A DNA stretch of 64,000 bases from Fimbriosthenelais zetlandica (Eukaryota), in NCBI GenBank assembly GCA_977030845.1, contig OZ365117.1:1922001-1986000 (forward strand), given 5' to 3'. This document shows positions 1 through 12,400 of the stretch, in pieces. The notes under the pieces were generated by a model. The model worked only from the letters and a program-made list of their open reading frames with translations. It did no database searches and was not told the origin of the DNA. Position 1 is the first letter of the stretch. Each line of letters opens with the position of its first letter. Both the position numbers and the translations under genes were made by a program.

Positions 1-1933
1 CTTATTAGTGGTGTAATCCACTGCCCCCTGACTGTTACAGTTCACCAAATGTCGCAGGCCCATCAGCCATTGCCTGGTGTTTAGGCAAGATGGCCGCCAT
101 TCTGCTCAAAAGCGTCAGCCATCTTGGATGGCTCATGAGGTAAATGAGTGAAATGTATCAATTGACCGTGAATAGTGATTTTGAAAAGGGCTTGTGCTTT
201 ACTAGTTACATTGCTAGTGTTAGTGCTCTGAGACGAGTTTGTGATTAAGAGAATCTTATTTTAAAGACAACTGCTCGTAACTGTAGGTTAGAGAAATACT
301 GACCGATGTCCAGAGCGAAGCCGCCCGACGCCTGGACGGCATTAATGGGCAGTTCTATCTCAGTGACCTCCATACTGCTAAAACCTGAAAATCAAAACAG
401 AAAATATGTGAAATAAATCTGGGTGAAGATAAACTTAGGTAAGAGATAAATGATGACAGGAGAGATAAAGGCTGACCTTCCCAGGCACGCAGGTCATTCA
501 GCTTATATATAGGCCTATACATACATGTAGAAGTTGATGAAATTATTGACTGATTAGTTAGCAGATTGACTGATTAGAGCAACTAACTAACAGACCTATA
601 GCTTTATAGTGATTTAGACCAGAACAATGAATGCGAACATCATCATCGAAAAGAGCAAAGATACCCAGTTCAATGCAAAAGTATCTGACTGTATTCAAAG
701 AGTCCAATATTCTGATAATATAATTATTACCTTACGGAAGTCAGGATTGATACCTGGTACATTCGCTGTGTAATCTCCGTGTACTGAAATAGTTGAAGCT
801 CTCAGTTCTCAGTGGAGAGATATTCCTTTGATTATAAAGGCTCTCTTATAATACTCTTATACTCTTATCTGGTAGCTATACAAGATGTGTGCACCATAAA
901 CGTGACACTAAATCAATAGGTTATCACATGATTTACTCTGATTCAGGACACTGCTGATAACTGGTGAACTTAATGTGCCAGAGTACACTCATTAAGGCAG
1001 GACTCCACTGATGGCATTTAGCTTGCGTTACTACTGCCACAAAGGCGATGCTTGTACCATGGAACATGCTCAAGTGGAAGACAACTGTAAGAGTTATCGT
1101 CAGGCCTTGAACACTAAAACCAGGTTTATAAATCCGATAGTATCACAAACATGGGCTTTGTCACAGTATGTCACAAGCAAAATCGAGGGAGCGGGGGACT
1201 GGCTTAACTTCCATCACAATTAGGGTATGTATCCATCCAGTAGTCTACTAGGGAGGCGAGGCTTGACATGCAGTCTACATCACAATACAACCAGTATATA
1301 TACTGGACATATAAGTCCAAACATATATATTTAGGTTTCTATGGCAGATTCCCAGAAGCTGATTCATTCTTATCCCAGTAAGCTATAGTAGGGAAAGTTC
1401 ACTTGAGTCTGTAGCCTAGTGACATAGAAGACTAACTAGAACAGCAGATTCATCCCCAGCTCATTCCCTCAGGCTTGGTCTCAACATTACTGTACTGAAT
1501 CAGGTCAAATATTCAATGACTGGATGAATGAATGACAGAATGAATGAATGAATGAATTAATGAATGGATGAAATAGTGGATGGACAAGGGATAAATGACA
1601 GAGACTGGAAGTAATATGTTGGACGCTTTAAACAGGGGCAAAGTCACTCATCCATTGCAAAATAAAAATACTGCAAGACATGAAAATACTTGCGATCTTC
1701 CTGTGAGTGTGAAGTAAGTTAAATACTCCTGTCTCTGGCCTGGCCTGACTGTCTGTGTCCTCAGCTGAGGACGGGTTTGAATGGGTAAAGGGTGGAGGTT
1801 TAGGCTGATCCTCGGGTAGGGGTATTGGGTTAGGGAAGGGTGGAGTTTTTTCATCACTCTGACCCTGTTTTCTCAGTTGATCATATTTGTACAGTGAATC
1901 TAGATCATGGTCCCCCAGATACCGTACTACCAT
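1..1933 (-). CDS. Unidentified multi-exon protein, 3' end outside the window
   Basis: Phase-consistent GT-AG exons at about 1690-1933, 736-783, 304-384 and <1-101 join into one frame: MVVRYLGDH...PPPF...GVFNLLHTHRKIA/IHGDYTANVPGINPDF/RFSSMEVTEIELPINAVQASGGFALDI/EWRPSCLNTRQWLMGLRHLVNC. The start codon is uncertain and I do not recognise the family. Confidence 0.5.
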
Positions 1934-2225
1934 CCACACAAAACAAACACTCGCTTTACAAACAAATCAGGACAGGAATTCTCAACAAAACAATGACTAA
2001 AATTACATTATCATCAAAATTCCTGTACAAAAATGCTATGGAGGTTCCAAAGATTCATACAAACTTAAAACAAGAAAGCAAAGAAATCTTACAATGAGTT
2101 AAATTGAGAGGTATCACCAGTGCTTTTTAACTTCCACTAAAAAACCTTTAATATCAATAAATCTTAGTCAAGGATACAATGTAAAGGTGTTGAGGTGAGT
2201 ATAAAGTAAATGATAGATGACTTAC

Positions 2226-2294
2226 CTGGTGACTGGTGTGTAGGACTGAGGGATGGCGAGTAGAGTTGACAGAGGAGTTGAGATGACTTTTATA
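2226..2294 (-). promoter_or_regulatory. TATA box and short non-coding first exon of the left-edge gene
   Basis: TATAAAA on the minus strand at 2288-2294, followed by an ATG-free segment ending in the donor CAG/GTAAGT near 2226. Confidence 0.45.
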
Positions 2295-3378
2295 GAAGAA
2301 GGGATAACAGGTCAATATTATTACTGCCCTGGGAGTTGGCTGGGGGTGGGGAGGGGGGGGGGTGGGCTGGGGATAAGGCTTTATAGTTAGATTAAAACTT
2401 AAGGTCAGTAGATTAACATTAGTCTGACAACCTCTTATTTGTACTTCATTTGCTGAACCAAAATAGCATAAATGACCCAGTCACCAGACTGACACAGATA
2501 AACAATAATGTGAAAAGACATTGTGAAAGTAAAAAAGACAATAATAAAGGTCCATGTAAATATTGTGGACGCAATTTCCGCTCCGAAATAGACACCCAGT
2601 GACACGATAACCCAATGATTTACCAACGGGGACATAACCCAATCCTAATCATAAATTTGTACCCATAAACTTTAGGACATAAATGGTGTGCAAGCCTCAA
2701 TGTGGAACAGTTATTAAGTCAATAACATGGGGTTATCCTCAGGTCAATAATAATCTTAGTTAAGTTGTTTTTAATACAAATCCTAATCAAATATGTTGAC
2801 AAAGCTGATAAAGCTGGTAGTAAAAAAGAAATCTATATTTTTATATTATGGTATATAATTTTATACTTTAATCAACATGCATCCTTCTATCACCTACGAA
2901 CTATTCCAATAAATCATTTTCTCCGGGAAGATTGTCAAGCCAAGGATACTGGACTAGGCTACATTGTTTAAGTAGTGAATAGTTTCTTCCTTGTGATGAG
3001 TATTTGTACTCAATAACGTCTCAGTCATTGGGAGGATCATAGGTGAAGAATTCATCTGAAATGAATTATTCCAGTATTAGTCTTCAGTATAATGGTTATA
3101 TATAAATATAGCAGTGTTTCTAAATCAATTTAAAGTACATTATAGACTGAATATCAGCCTTGTAGGCTGACTAGAGAGACGTCTGGAGTCAATCTCAGAT
3201 ACTATACAACTATACTGGCAGGACTCGCCTGCCAGAACAGCTGGGCCTGTTTCATAACCATTGTTATGAAACCACTGTTATGAAACAGGCCCCTGGGGAA
3301 TACAGGACCAACATTGAACATGGACAGATTCAGGACTAGGAAACGTGTGGGGTCCAGACACGTGGCACGAAGAGATTA

Positions 3379-6300
3379 CTACTCAAGAGACAAAAAGACT
3401 GTAAAAGGAGGGAGGTGGCCGAGGGAGGGTGTGAGCTTACGTTGGGTGACGTCTACGATCCATGGCATGAGAGAGGAGATCTTGGTGTAGACACTGGCGA
3501 GGCCGAGACGTCCACAACCAATACCCCAACTCGTCAGTCCATACAGTGTAGCTCGATCAGTGTGTCCACGAGGAATCCTGGTCATCGGTCCGCCTGAATC
3601 CCCCTATAAACAATAAAACGTCATCAGCTTCCTCTCACCCACCATTAAATACCACGCAACGACCTAGTACATTATTTTGGTTCCCAACAAAAAAGAAGCA
3701 CCCATTTGTGGTGAAGTTAGTCCAGGCACGTTCCCCTGGGACAAGTCAAATACTACAGACACATAGAGCATCGTAACTCATTGAAAAATGTGAATTGAAA
3801 TACTCCCATGAAGGACTCAAAAACTACAGCATGTTATCTTGTTCACAGTCGTTTGGTGAACCGGTACAATTAAGTTCTTAAGAAGATTATTTTGGTGGAT
3901 GGCAGGATGGAGGGATGGATTTGAATTTAGAGATCAAACTCTAGAGATAAAGAACTAGAAGGAGTTGTAGGTACCTGACAAGCATCGTCCAGTCCATCAG
4001 AGCTGGTGTGATCTCCTATAGCACAGATCTGAGTCAATGTGAGCAGCGAGTACTGTGAATGACGCTTCAAGGCTTCCTTACACTCAGTGTCAGACACTAT
4101 GGTGACACGGGCGTATTTCAGTAGAGAGCTCATGTAGCCATTCTCCTTGGTGTTTCCCCAGCCAGAGATATAGCAACCAGAGCCGGGTTTAATGTGGGAC
4201 GTCTCAGGGAGACAGACAGGGCTGGTGTGGTTATTAAAGGTGACCGGTGATGCCAGCTTTAACAGGGCGATGTCGTTATCAAACGTCTGAGAATCAAAGT
4301 GACAGTGGAAGTAGATGTGACTGACGTTGACATGTTGTTCTAGCTCATGTTTGTCACCGTCCTTCAGATGAAGATGTCCCGTCTTCACTGAGACGACGCT
4401 GGGTGATTCTAAACCATATCTATCACAAAATACAAATCATACAACAGATCTCAGAAGTAAGTTCTCAGGCAATGTAGATGTGCACGTAGATAAAGAGCCC
4501 CCAGCTGAAGATCATACGTAAAAACTTTTATCATCAAGATTGTGAGCTGGCTTCACCAATAATATGGCTCTATAAAAATTCTAACTAAAAAAAACTGCCG
4601 CAAGTGTGAGGTGCCGAATTCCTGTGTGGCGACCCCGCTTATTTAAAACATGGGGCACAGATCCCTGCAACGACCAAATTATAATATGAAACTAGAAACT
4701 ATGACTTACATACAGTGAGCGGCAGTGAGCACCCACGTATCATAGATGAGCACGCCTCCACAGAAATGATAATATTCACCATACAGTTCATAGTTGAGGG
4801 ATACCTGCCAGGGTATGTCACCTTCTACAGGCACAAACTTACCACCTACAAAATACACAATACACATCACTGTATCTCTTACTTAACAGGCACAGACTGA
4901 GAGATAGACAGAGAAAGTACAATACAGACGTTATACAGAAAGAGACAAGGCCATAATGAAGTAAGTTTGATTACCTACGATTCGGGAATTGCCCTGCTTC
5001 AACCTGCTGATCCCACATGCAGGAGAACTGTAACTCTGAGCTGAAACTAAACATACACAAATAAAAGAGACAGTTCTTATCTTTCAGGGTATTATTTTCT
5101 TAGTTTAGAAGATCTCTACAAGGAGGCAGGTTAGCAGATCAGTAGCGATGTACCGGTACATAGCAACTAAACGACTGGTAAAATAGTAAGAGTTTGACTG
5201 ACCTTGAGATTTCCCGGTAACAATGAGCTCAGGGGCTTCGAACACTTTGAGAATGACGGAGAAGCCCTGGTCTGTGACGCTACCATCAGACATGAAGCGC
5301 AGCTGAAAACATCAAACATCATGTTACAAACTCACGCCAGGCTCTACTTGAATATTGTATTTATATATGTTATTTGAAGGTGACAGCAGAATGTTTTCCC
5401 CCTTGTTTTTCTCTGTCTTGCTTCATTGTATATGAATGTACTAGTCCGGAATACAGAATTGAATTGAATTGAAATGAGATATGAAGTAGAATGATGTGAC
5501 ATGAATTAATCTAAAGCCGGGAATCCACTGCTGCGATTTTGCTTGCGACACTACTGCGACAAAGGTGATGCTTGTGAAGTTGTGTAAGAATAAAATTTAT
5601 AAATTGTGGTTCAAGTGTCCATGGCCTTAAGGCCGTCCTCCAATGGTAAATTTACCATTGAAACACAAGCATCACCTTTGTCGCAGACGTGTCGCTAACA
5701 ATATCGCAGCAGTCGAGTCCCGGGTTAACTTACTGTGAACATATTACTGACTGAGCGGAGCAGCCTGCCGGAGATGTAACCACAGAGACAACCCAGCAGG
5801 TTACACGCCTGAGACGGCTGATCATGGCAGTCATCACTACGACAGCCGTACGCCAGGAGACGGTCATACGTGCAGAAACTGTAGAACTCTATAGACCCGC
5901 TTACTACATGCATCTCTATAATCTACACCAAAATACACAGAAATACAAGATAAATATAGAGAAAACATCTTTGTAGTCAAAACTTATGGGATTGAGAAAA
6001 GGTAAATGGAGGTGGTCTTCATAACAGGTGTTCACTAATGGTTCCACAGAATGCCCTTTTCCTGCGCAACTTTTCAATTCTGGTACTACACACATTATAA
6101 GCAGGGTCACTTACTGTACCGACAGGACTGCTGAAGATCCACTCCATGTCACAGTTATTAGGGTAGGTTGTAGACGCAGCAGGGAAGGTTAACGTATAAC
6201 TCTCATTGTACTTCAAACTCGTGTGGTGGTTTCTCTGATGACAACTTCCGGCGGCCATGTTGGATTTGAACCGTGCCACGCTTCTTATTGTCGCTACATT

Positions 6301-7328
6301 GTTTGCAGAAGTATCTGAAAAAATAATAATAAAGACTAGATAGAGTGCTGTCTCCACATAGCAGATGGATACATACTCTTTCTTACATTGAATAAAGGAA
6401 GGTGCAGATTGCACTAGAGCGATCTCTATCGTCATATTACTCGGCTAGATTAGTATAGATTCTGTGAATAGAAGGGCGGTTTATGACGTCAATAAATGTC
6501 TCACTTTTCTCGTTGTACATGGCGTATCTGATGTTAAATGAAGGTACCGGAAGTCCTGGTACCCCACCATGCTCCAGGATGATCATGAGATGGTTAGATG
6601 ACGTCATGTAGCCAGCAGTTCGCGGTGGAGCACCGGAGAACAGCAGCCAGTACTCATCCAGCTTGATCTTCAACATGCTGTACTTAGTCACATTCTTCTT
6701 TATACCAAAACCAACATTAAAGTTGAGAAAGCTGAAATAGATGACCTGTAAGGTTGTCAGTAATACAGCTGGAATGGTTGTCATATCGCTATAATAGTTG
6801 ACATATAGTAGGCCTATACACAGCATTGAGCCCAAAACAGGCAAATCAAACATGGATGCCATGGCCATATGTTGATGCACAGAGCTGCATCAACAAATCC
6901 CACGAGAATTTAGAATTTAATGGGCAAGGCGAGCCCCAAAATGCTTACCTGGCCTTCTGGCGCTCTGATGGTCCAGAAACACATATATCTACTGACGTTA
7001 GAGTTGGTGAGGTGAGGGGCTGCTATTCTACCCTGTGACTGAAGGAGTTCCACACCCCCATGACATGCTACAAAAATAATTATAATTACGTTAAAAAGAC
7101 CGCAGTTCATATATCCAGACGTAGAACAGTGACAAGGTTAGAACGTGCAAGTGTATTGACCACCAATTGTTAAGGAACTACTGAATGTCCATATGTTACA
7201 GAATTTATCGGAATTTCTCCGTTTTTAAACAACAAAAACTCACCCCTGTTTGCAGTGTTAGTGAAGAGAAAGGAGAGTACAGTGGAAGGCAGTAGGAATA
7301 GGATGAAGACGGCTAATATTACAGACAT
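3379..7328 (-). CDS. CUB-CUB-trypsin-like serine protease (ovochymase/TMPRSS-like architecture), 598 aa from Met 7328
   Basis: Ten phase-consistent exons: 7244-7328, 6949-7067, 6505-6745, 6115-6314, 5734-5913, 5203-5302, 4975-5040, 4710-4845, 3975-4419, 3379-3603. Hydrophobic N-terminus; CUB motifs ([31 protein letters not shown]); activation site R/IVGG; intact triad TAAHC, DNDIAL, GDSGGP; S1 Asp (DACQ) implies trypsin specificity. Confidence 0.9.
4541..4593 (+). mobile_element. Short dispersed repeat with A-rich tail (probable retroposon 3' end); second copy at about 41675-41727
   Basis: gtgagctggcttcaccaataatatggctctataaaaattctaactaaaaaaaa recurs almost exactly in an intron of the cyclase gene. 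Confidence 0.45.
5515..5725. mobile_element. MITE family 1 (Tourist/PIF-Harbinger-like), copy 1
   Basis: About 210 bp with long imperfect terminal inverted repeats AGCCGGGACTCCACTGCTGCGA, flanked by a TAA...TAA 3-bp direct repeat; no coding capacity. Confidence 0.85.
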
Positions 7329-9074
7329 GTTCTGCAGTGTAGAGTAGACTACAGGTGCTCGTCTACCTGTAGCCATTACAGGTGGTTCGTGAGATAGACT
7401 AATATTTCCAGTAAACTCCACTTTGATTGCTACCAAAGCTTCCAGGCATTTCTAATAGCACGGTACTGACTGGTAAGATTTGTTTGTGTGTGAATGTGTG
7501 TTAGAGAGAAAGAGAGGAGCGGAGAGAGAAAGTGTTGTTTTATTACCATATTTACTTGGTATTTCTTGCTGCTCCCTTTGCTTTGCTCTCTAGGCTTATA
7601 ATAGGTACTCAGATATTGATATGTGTGTGATGTTAGTTCATGAAGGGCCTGATACCTACTCAGTCAAACACTGAATGAAGCTTGAGTTTTATTTTTAGCC
7701 TCTTTAGTGTTGAACACTCGGGTGTGCAGGGCAATATGCAACACCATATCACACGGAAAGATTTGATCAGATTAGGTAGAGGGATTGTTAATTTATAGTG
7801 ATGAGATATAAGGTAGAGGGCGTTTAGCAGTGATAATACGGTAGACTATGATGAGGGGATGTGTGAGTGGGGGAGCACTGGTACTTGTCAAATAATGAAC
7901 TTCCTCTTGTTGACTTTGTGCTTCTGTCAAACACTGTTTTTATGTGCCTACAAGATTTGACTGGAGAGAGATTTCCTCCTACCCTTACATCTCGATCATT
8001 CCCTTCCTCAGGTTTTTCAATCAGTGGTATAGATTGGTAGACAAGTAGCGGATAAACCAATAAGGTTGTAATTATATATATATATATAATATATATCTAT
8101 ATAGACACGTTACAAGTTAATATTGACATTAAAGATATATGAAGAGGAAACATGAGGAGAGAATGAGGTAGAAGACACAAGGACCAATGATGAAATAGTG
8201 AGGGTAAACATGGCGACCACAGCGCCCTCTACCTTCATCTACCCCACAATAACATTAACAGGTGCATCAACGTAAAAATAAATAATTATTTTTAATATTT
8301 TGAACATGTATAACTTTTGTCACACAAAGATAGAACAATCTGCGTAGTGTTTAATTTCTTTATTTGTCTGGTTTTTCCTTTGAACATACTTCCTGCCATT
8401 ATTTCAGTATTTCTCACTCAATAAATATTATTCTTTCGTTGACTAGAAGTTTCTACTTACAACAATATATTTGTTCATCAATGAGCTAAAATGTTCAAAA
8501 AATGTGTCTGAAATATTTTATCACATTTATAATATATTTAAAATACTCACAAGTCTTTTTCATATTATCACATCATACTCCATTTTGTTTTGTATAATTT
8601 TCAAATCCATTTTTACATCACTTGACACTTTTTTACACATTTTTCACACTTGGACGGATTGCTATACGGATACTGTGTCGTCTGATAGTGAATACTCGGC
8701 TCGGCAGTCTATCCTTTCTCCAACTATAGGATATACTTGTTCTTTATATAAAGGTCTACCTGCCTTCTCCTGACAGGATGAATTAAAATCTCTCAGTAAA
8801 ACCTTGAAATTAAAAGTTTGCCGTACAATAAATAAGATATTGTCAGGTTTTCTGGGGAGAAATCCAGTCTCCACTTACTGTTTCTCAATATTAAATGAAC
8901 ATCTTTCTCTGATACATTTGTACTAGAATAATGATAAATATACTATAAATACACAAGTAAAAACACTCATTCAATCTGTCTTGGACTGACTGACAAGAAT
9001 TAAAAATTCCTCAGTTTTGTTTTTTATAAATTAAAATATATAACAACAATTAGCAGAGTGTAGGTGAAGATGAT

Positions 9075-9466
9075 TCTATAGAGGTCAAGCTGGGTCGTCT
9101 AGAGGTCAAGCTGGGCCATATAGAGGTCAAGCCGGGCCATCTAGAGGTCAAGCTGGGCCATCTAGAGGTCAAGCTGGGCCATCTAGAGGTCAAGCTGGGC
9201 CATATAGAGGTCAAGCTGGGCCAGCTAGAGGTCCAGCTGGGCCATCTAGAGGTCCAGCTGGGTCATCTAGAGGTCAAGCTGGGCCATCTAGAGGTCAAGC
9301 TGGGCCATCTAGAGGTCAAGCTGGGCCATCTAGAGGTCAAGCTGGGCCATCTAGAGGTCAAGCTGGGCCATCTAGAGGTCCAGCTGGGCCGTCTAGAGGT
9401 CAAGCTGGGCCGTCTAGAGGTCAAGCTGGGCCATCTAGAGGTCAAGCTGGGCCATCTAGAGGTCAT
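9075..9466. repeat. 21-bp minisatellite (ctagaggtcaagctgggccat)n, about 18 copies
   Basis: Direct tandem units with no spacers, starting about 10 nt after the stop codon of the C7orf57 homolog (3' UTR). Confidence 0.95.
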
Positions 9467-9476
9467 CTATCGTGGA

Positions 9477-12400
9477 TTAGATGCCCGCCTGCACGGCTGG
9501 GGGACGGTGGCTGTCTGTGCGTGCTGGAATATTCTTAAACCTGAAAATATTCAAATAAAAAAGAAAGATTACTTCAGACGTTCTCGCTTCGGCTAGTATT
9601 TTAGAGAACTACTCTCTATTTTCGTACAAACATGAGATAAAGGCCTGGTGATAGAGTGAGCCCATACCGTGTCATTTTAAATGGTTCCTTGTCGCCGTCG
9701 GGCGCTTTCTTCACGCCCTGAGCCGCCGTTCTGGGAGGTGGTCGCCTGAAGTTGACAAGTAAATACTCACAGTTACTAATAACTACAATTTACAATACAT
9801 TATTCTAAAGTAATAAATATAAAGAACTAATAAAAACGTGATAGAAAAAGATATCATTCTGTGTAAGATATATCGATAAAGTAATCAATATTTCTGTAAG
9901 TAGTAGAGGGAAGGCGACCATTTCTGTATGTTTACAGAGACGTTTTCTTGATTAACAGTCACCTTAAGAGTTTCCTTGTGAGGTTAGGATATTAGCGCAG
10001 CATGCATAGGTTAGGTTTATTAATACATGTGAAGTCCTTAGAGTAAAGTGGGAAGACAGTAGAAGGAGTTAACTTTTAGAGGTAATTCACTGCTGTTAGA
10101 TGTGGAGAATGACATGACAGAGTAAGAGCTGAGAGAGTGTGGGGCAATCATTCCAATCAACATGCATCACTCCTGGAGATCTTAGTTATAACAAAAGCAC
10201 ACAAGTCCTCCTTCACATCATATAGTGTCTTACCCATCCACATCGAATAGATCCTCACTGAATCACAAAGTATTTATTGTAAGATATTTTTGACTTAATT
10301 TCCAAAAGTTGTGAGAGATTTTGTTGAATACATGCAGCAATATGTAACAGTCTGATGTGAGGCAGCAGAGAGAGAAGCGTGGTGAGATAAACCGTACGAT
10401 AGTGACAGACACGGTCACTCTGTCAGAACAAAGTCTGTGACCTCAGACACTGATAAGAGATACTCACTAGAATCCCATATCGCTACCAGACATAAAACGT
10501 AGCAGCAACATCAAACTTGTTAAATACTTTTGCGATTTTTGCAAATTACAGAATTTGATGGAGAACAAGCAACAGCTTTGAAGCAGTTTAAGCATCTGAA
10601 GCCATGATTAAGGTACTTACTTTTCTACCATGTTTTTGGGTGTGGCACGTCGCCCGGCTTTAGGCTCACGTTTAGTAAATCCTGATTGATACTCTGACAG
10701 CAGGTCAGTCTGTCTGCTCCCCGCTGACATGTTACCTGGGTTCTTCTTCTGCCAACTGTAAAGTGACAAATGTAAAGTCTTTACTTCCCACCAAGAGATT
10801 ATACACTGTTAAATAAGTGAGACATTATACACTGTTAGAGAAGTGAGACAGATACACTGTGAAATGTTAGATGATAAGTGGAAATAGCAGCACCAGGATG
10901 TAGCTAAACCTGTGAGCATCTAGTAGGACTAAGATGAAGTGAGTTAGTACTGATCATGATGGGCTTGTATGAGCTTAGGAAGAAGCATTTAGCAAGAGTG
11001 AATCAAGTGAAATTCACGAGCAGTAGAACTAGAGAATTATGCAAATGTATATCACATTAGAAGACTAAAGAAATATATCTATCGCAATATCTATTTTATA
11101 TTTAAAGAATATCATAAAATCATGCATAAATATCAAAACAAGCACACACACTGAGTACATGAGCTCGTACCTGGACTGAGAATGACAATCTGACCTACAA
11201 TTGATAATTATAACCAATACCAACCATTACCACTGGGTCAAATAAGACAATGTCATTACAATACGTCATTATGAGACGACATTCAATACATTATACATGT
11301 AGACTAAGATTACCGCGCCCCATCTAGCCAGTCAAACCAGGAACGGAAACATATCAACAAGAACATGAATACGAACATACTCAACAAGGATCTACATGGT
11401 CACATGTTGTCACTTACTCCATCTTAAAGTTCTGCCACTCGCGATTGTATTCATAGGACAGGATTTTACCCATGTCTGCCCGCTCCTTGCCTTCATATTT
11501 AGGCCTTAACAAGGGAACATAATCATCAGTGAGGGAAAACTTGGTTATAATGATAAAGTGATGAAGATTATCATGAAATAGTGGGCAAGGCTTGACATTA
11601 AATATATCCAACATACCCAAGACACTCAAAATATGAGGAGGAACACCCAGCAAATAGCAGAATACCCAACAGGCAATGAGGATAGACTAATTAAGGATTT
11701 TGTTGAGGGTATAGGTAGATGTTGGTTAATGCCCAGCCCTGCTGTGGTAGGAGGATGAGTGACTGTACTTACATGGCCTTGTAGTTGTGTATGGCCGTCG
11801 CCTCCTCCTGTTTGATGGGTTTAGGTGGAGGAGGGTTGTTGTGGCGTACTGGTCTATTTTTCAGTTTCTCTGCTCTCACTCCGTAACCTTGACGAAGATC
11901 CTGCAATAAACCAATCACAATCCCCATATTAGTCTACCTCAATATCACCTTAATATACAGTTGTCTAAAAGTCAATGTCTGTTGTTTTGACAAAATGGCC
12001 GTCGTTCTGTTCAAATTCGCTAGCAATATTGGCTGATGAAGTAAATAAGTAGAAATGAACAATTCTTTGGCTGGTGATCCAGAAATACTATTCGCCAATA
12101 TGAGAATCTGACTATGATAGAGCATACATCTGTGAAGCCTACCTCTGGTAATTTGATATCTTTTTTAGTTGGATCGTTGTCCGTCTCGAAAATGTTGTGT
12201 CTGTCGTAGCCGTAGGGGGCGCGCTTAGGTCGAAAGTTGGCGTCTTTAGATTCATCCTCATACTCATCATGAACCATGTACTCGGGCAGGAGGAACTTGT
12301 AATCTCTGTAACCAATGATATATCACTTAATACAAGCTGTGTAATACAATCTTTGTAATCATTGATATATCATTTATTACAGGCTCAATCTACTCTTTGT

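Noticed and set aside
1011-1223. ORFs containing CDKGDA / KAGTPLL (also 28838-29068, 33381-33602, 61544-61729)
   Set aside because: These are translations of MITE family 1 sequence, not transposase or host genes.
7824-8874. ORFs at 7824-8060, 8471-8773 and 8662-8874
   Set aside because: No recognisable motifs and no phase-consistent link to neighbouring genes; likely UTR or intergenic.
9075-9466. Regular short repeats here and at 31275, 59300 and 60250 as possible CRISPR arrays
   Set aside because: The units are contiguous with no unique spacers, there are no cas genes, and the DNA is eukaryotic.
9263-9466. ORF (TSRWPSL)n
   Set aside because: Translation of the 21-bp minisatellite in a 3' UTR.
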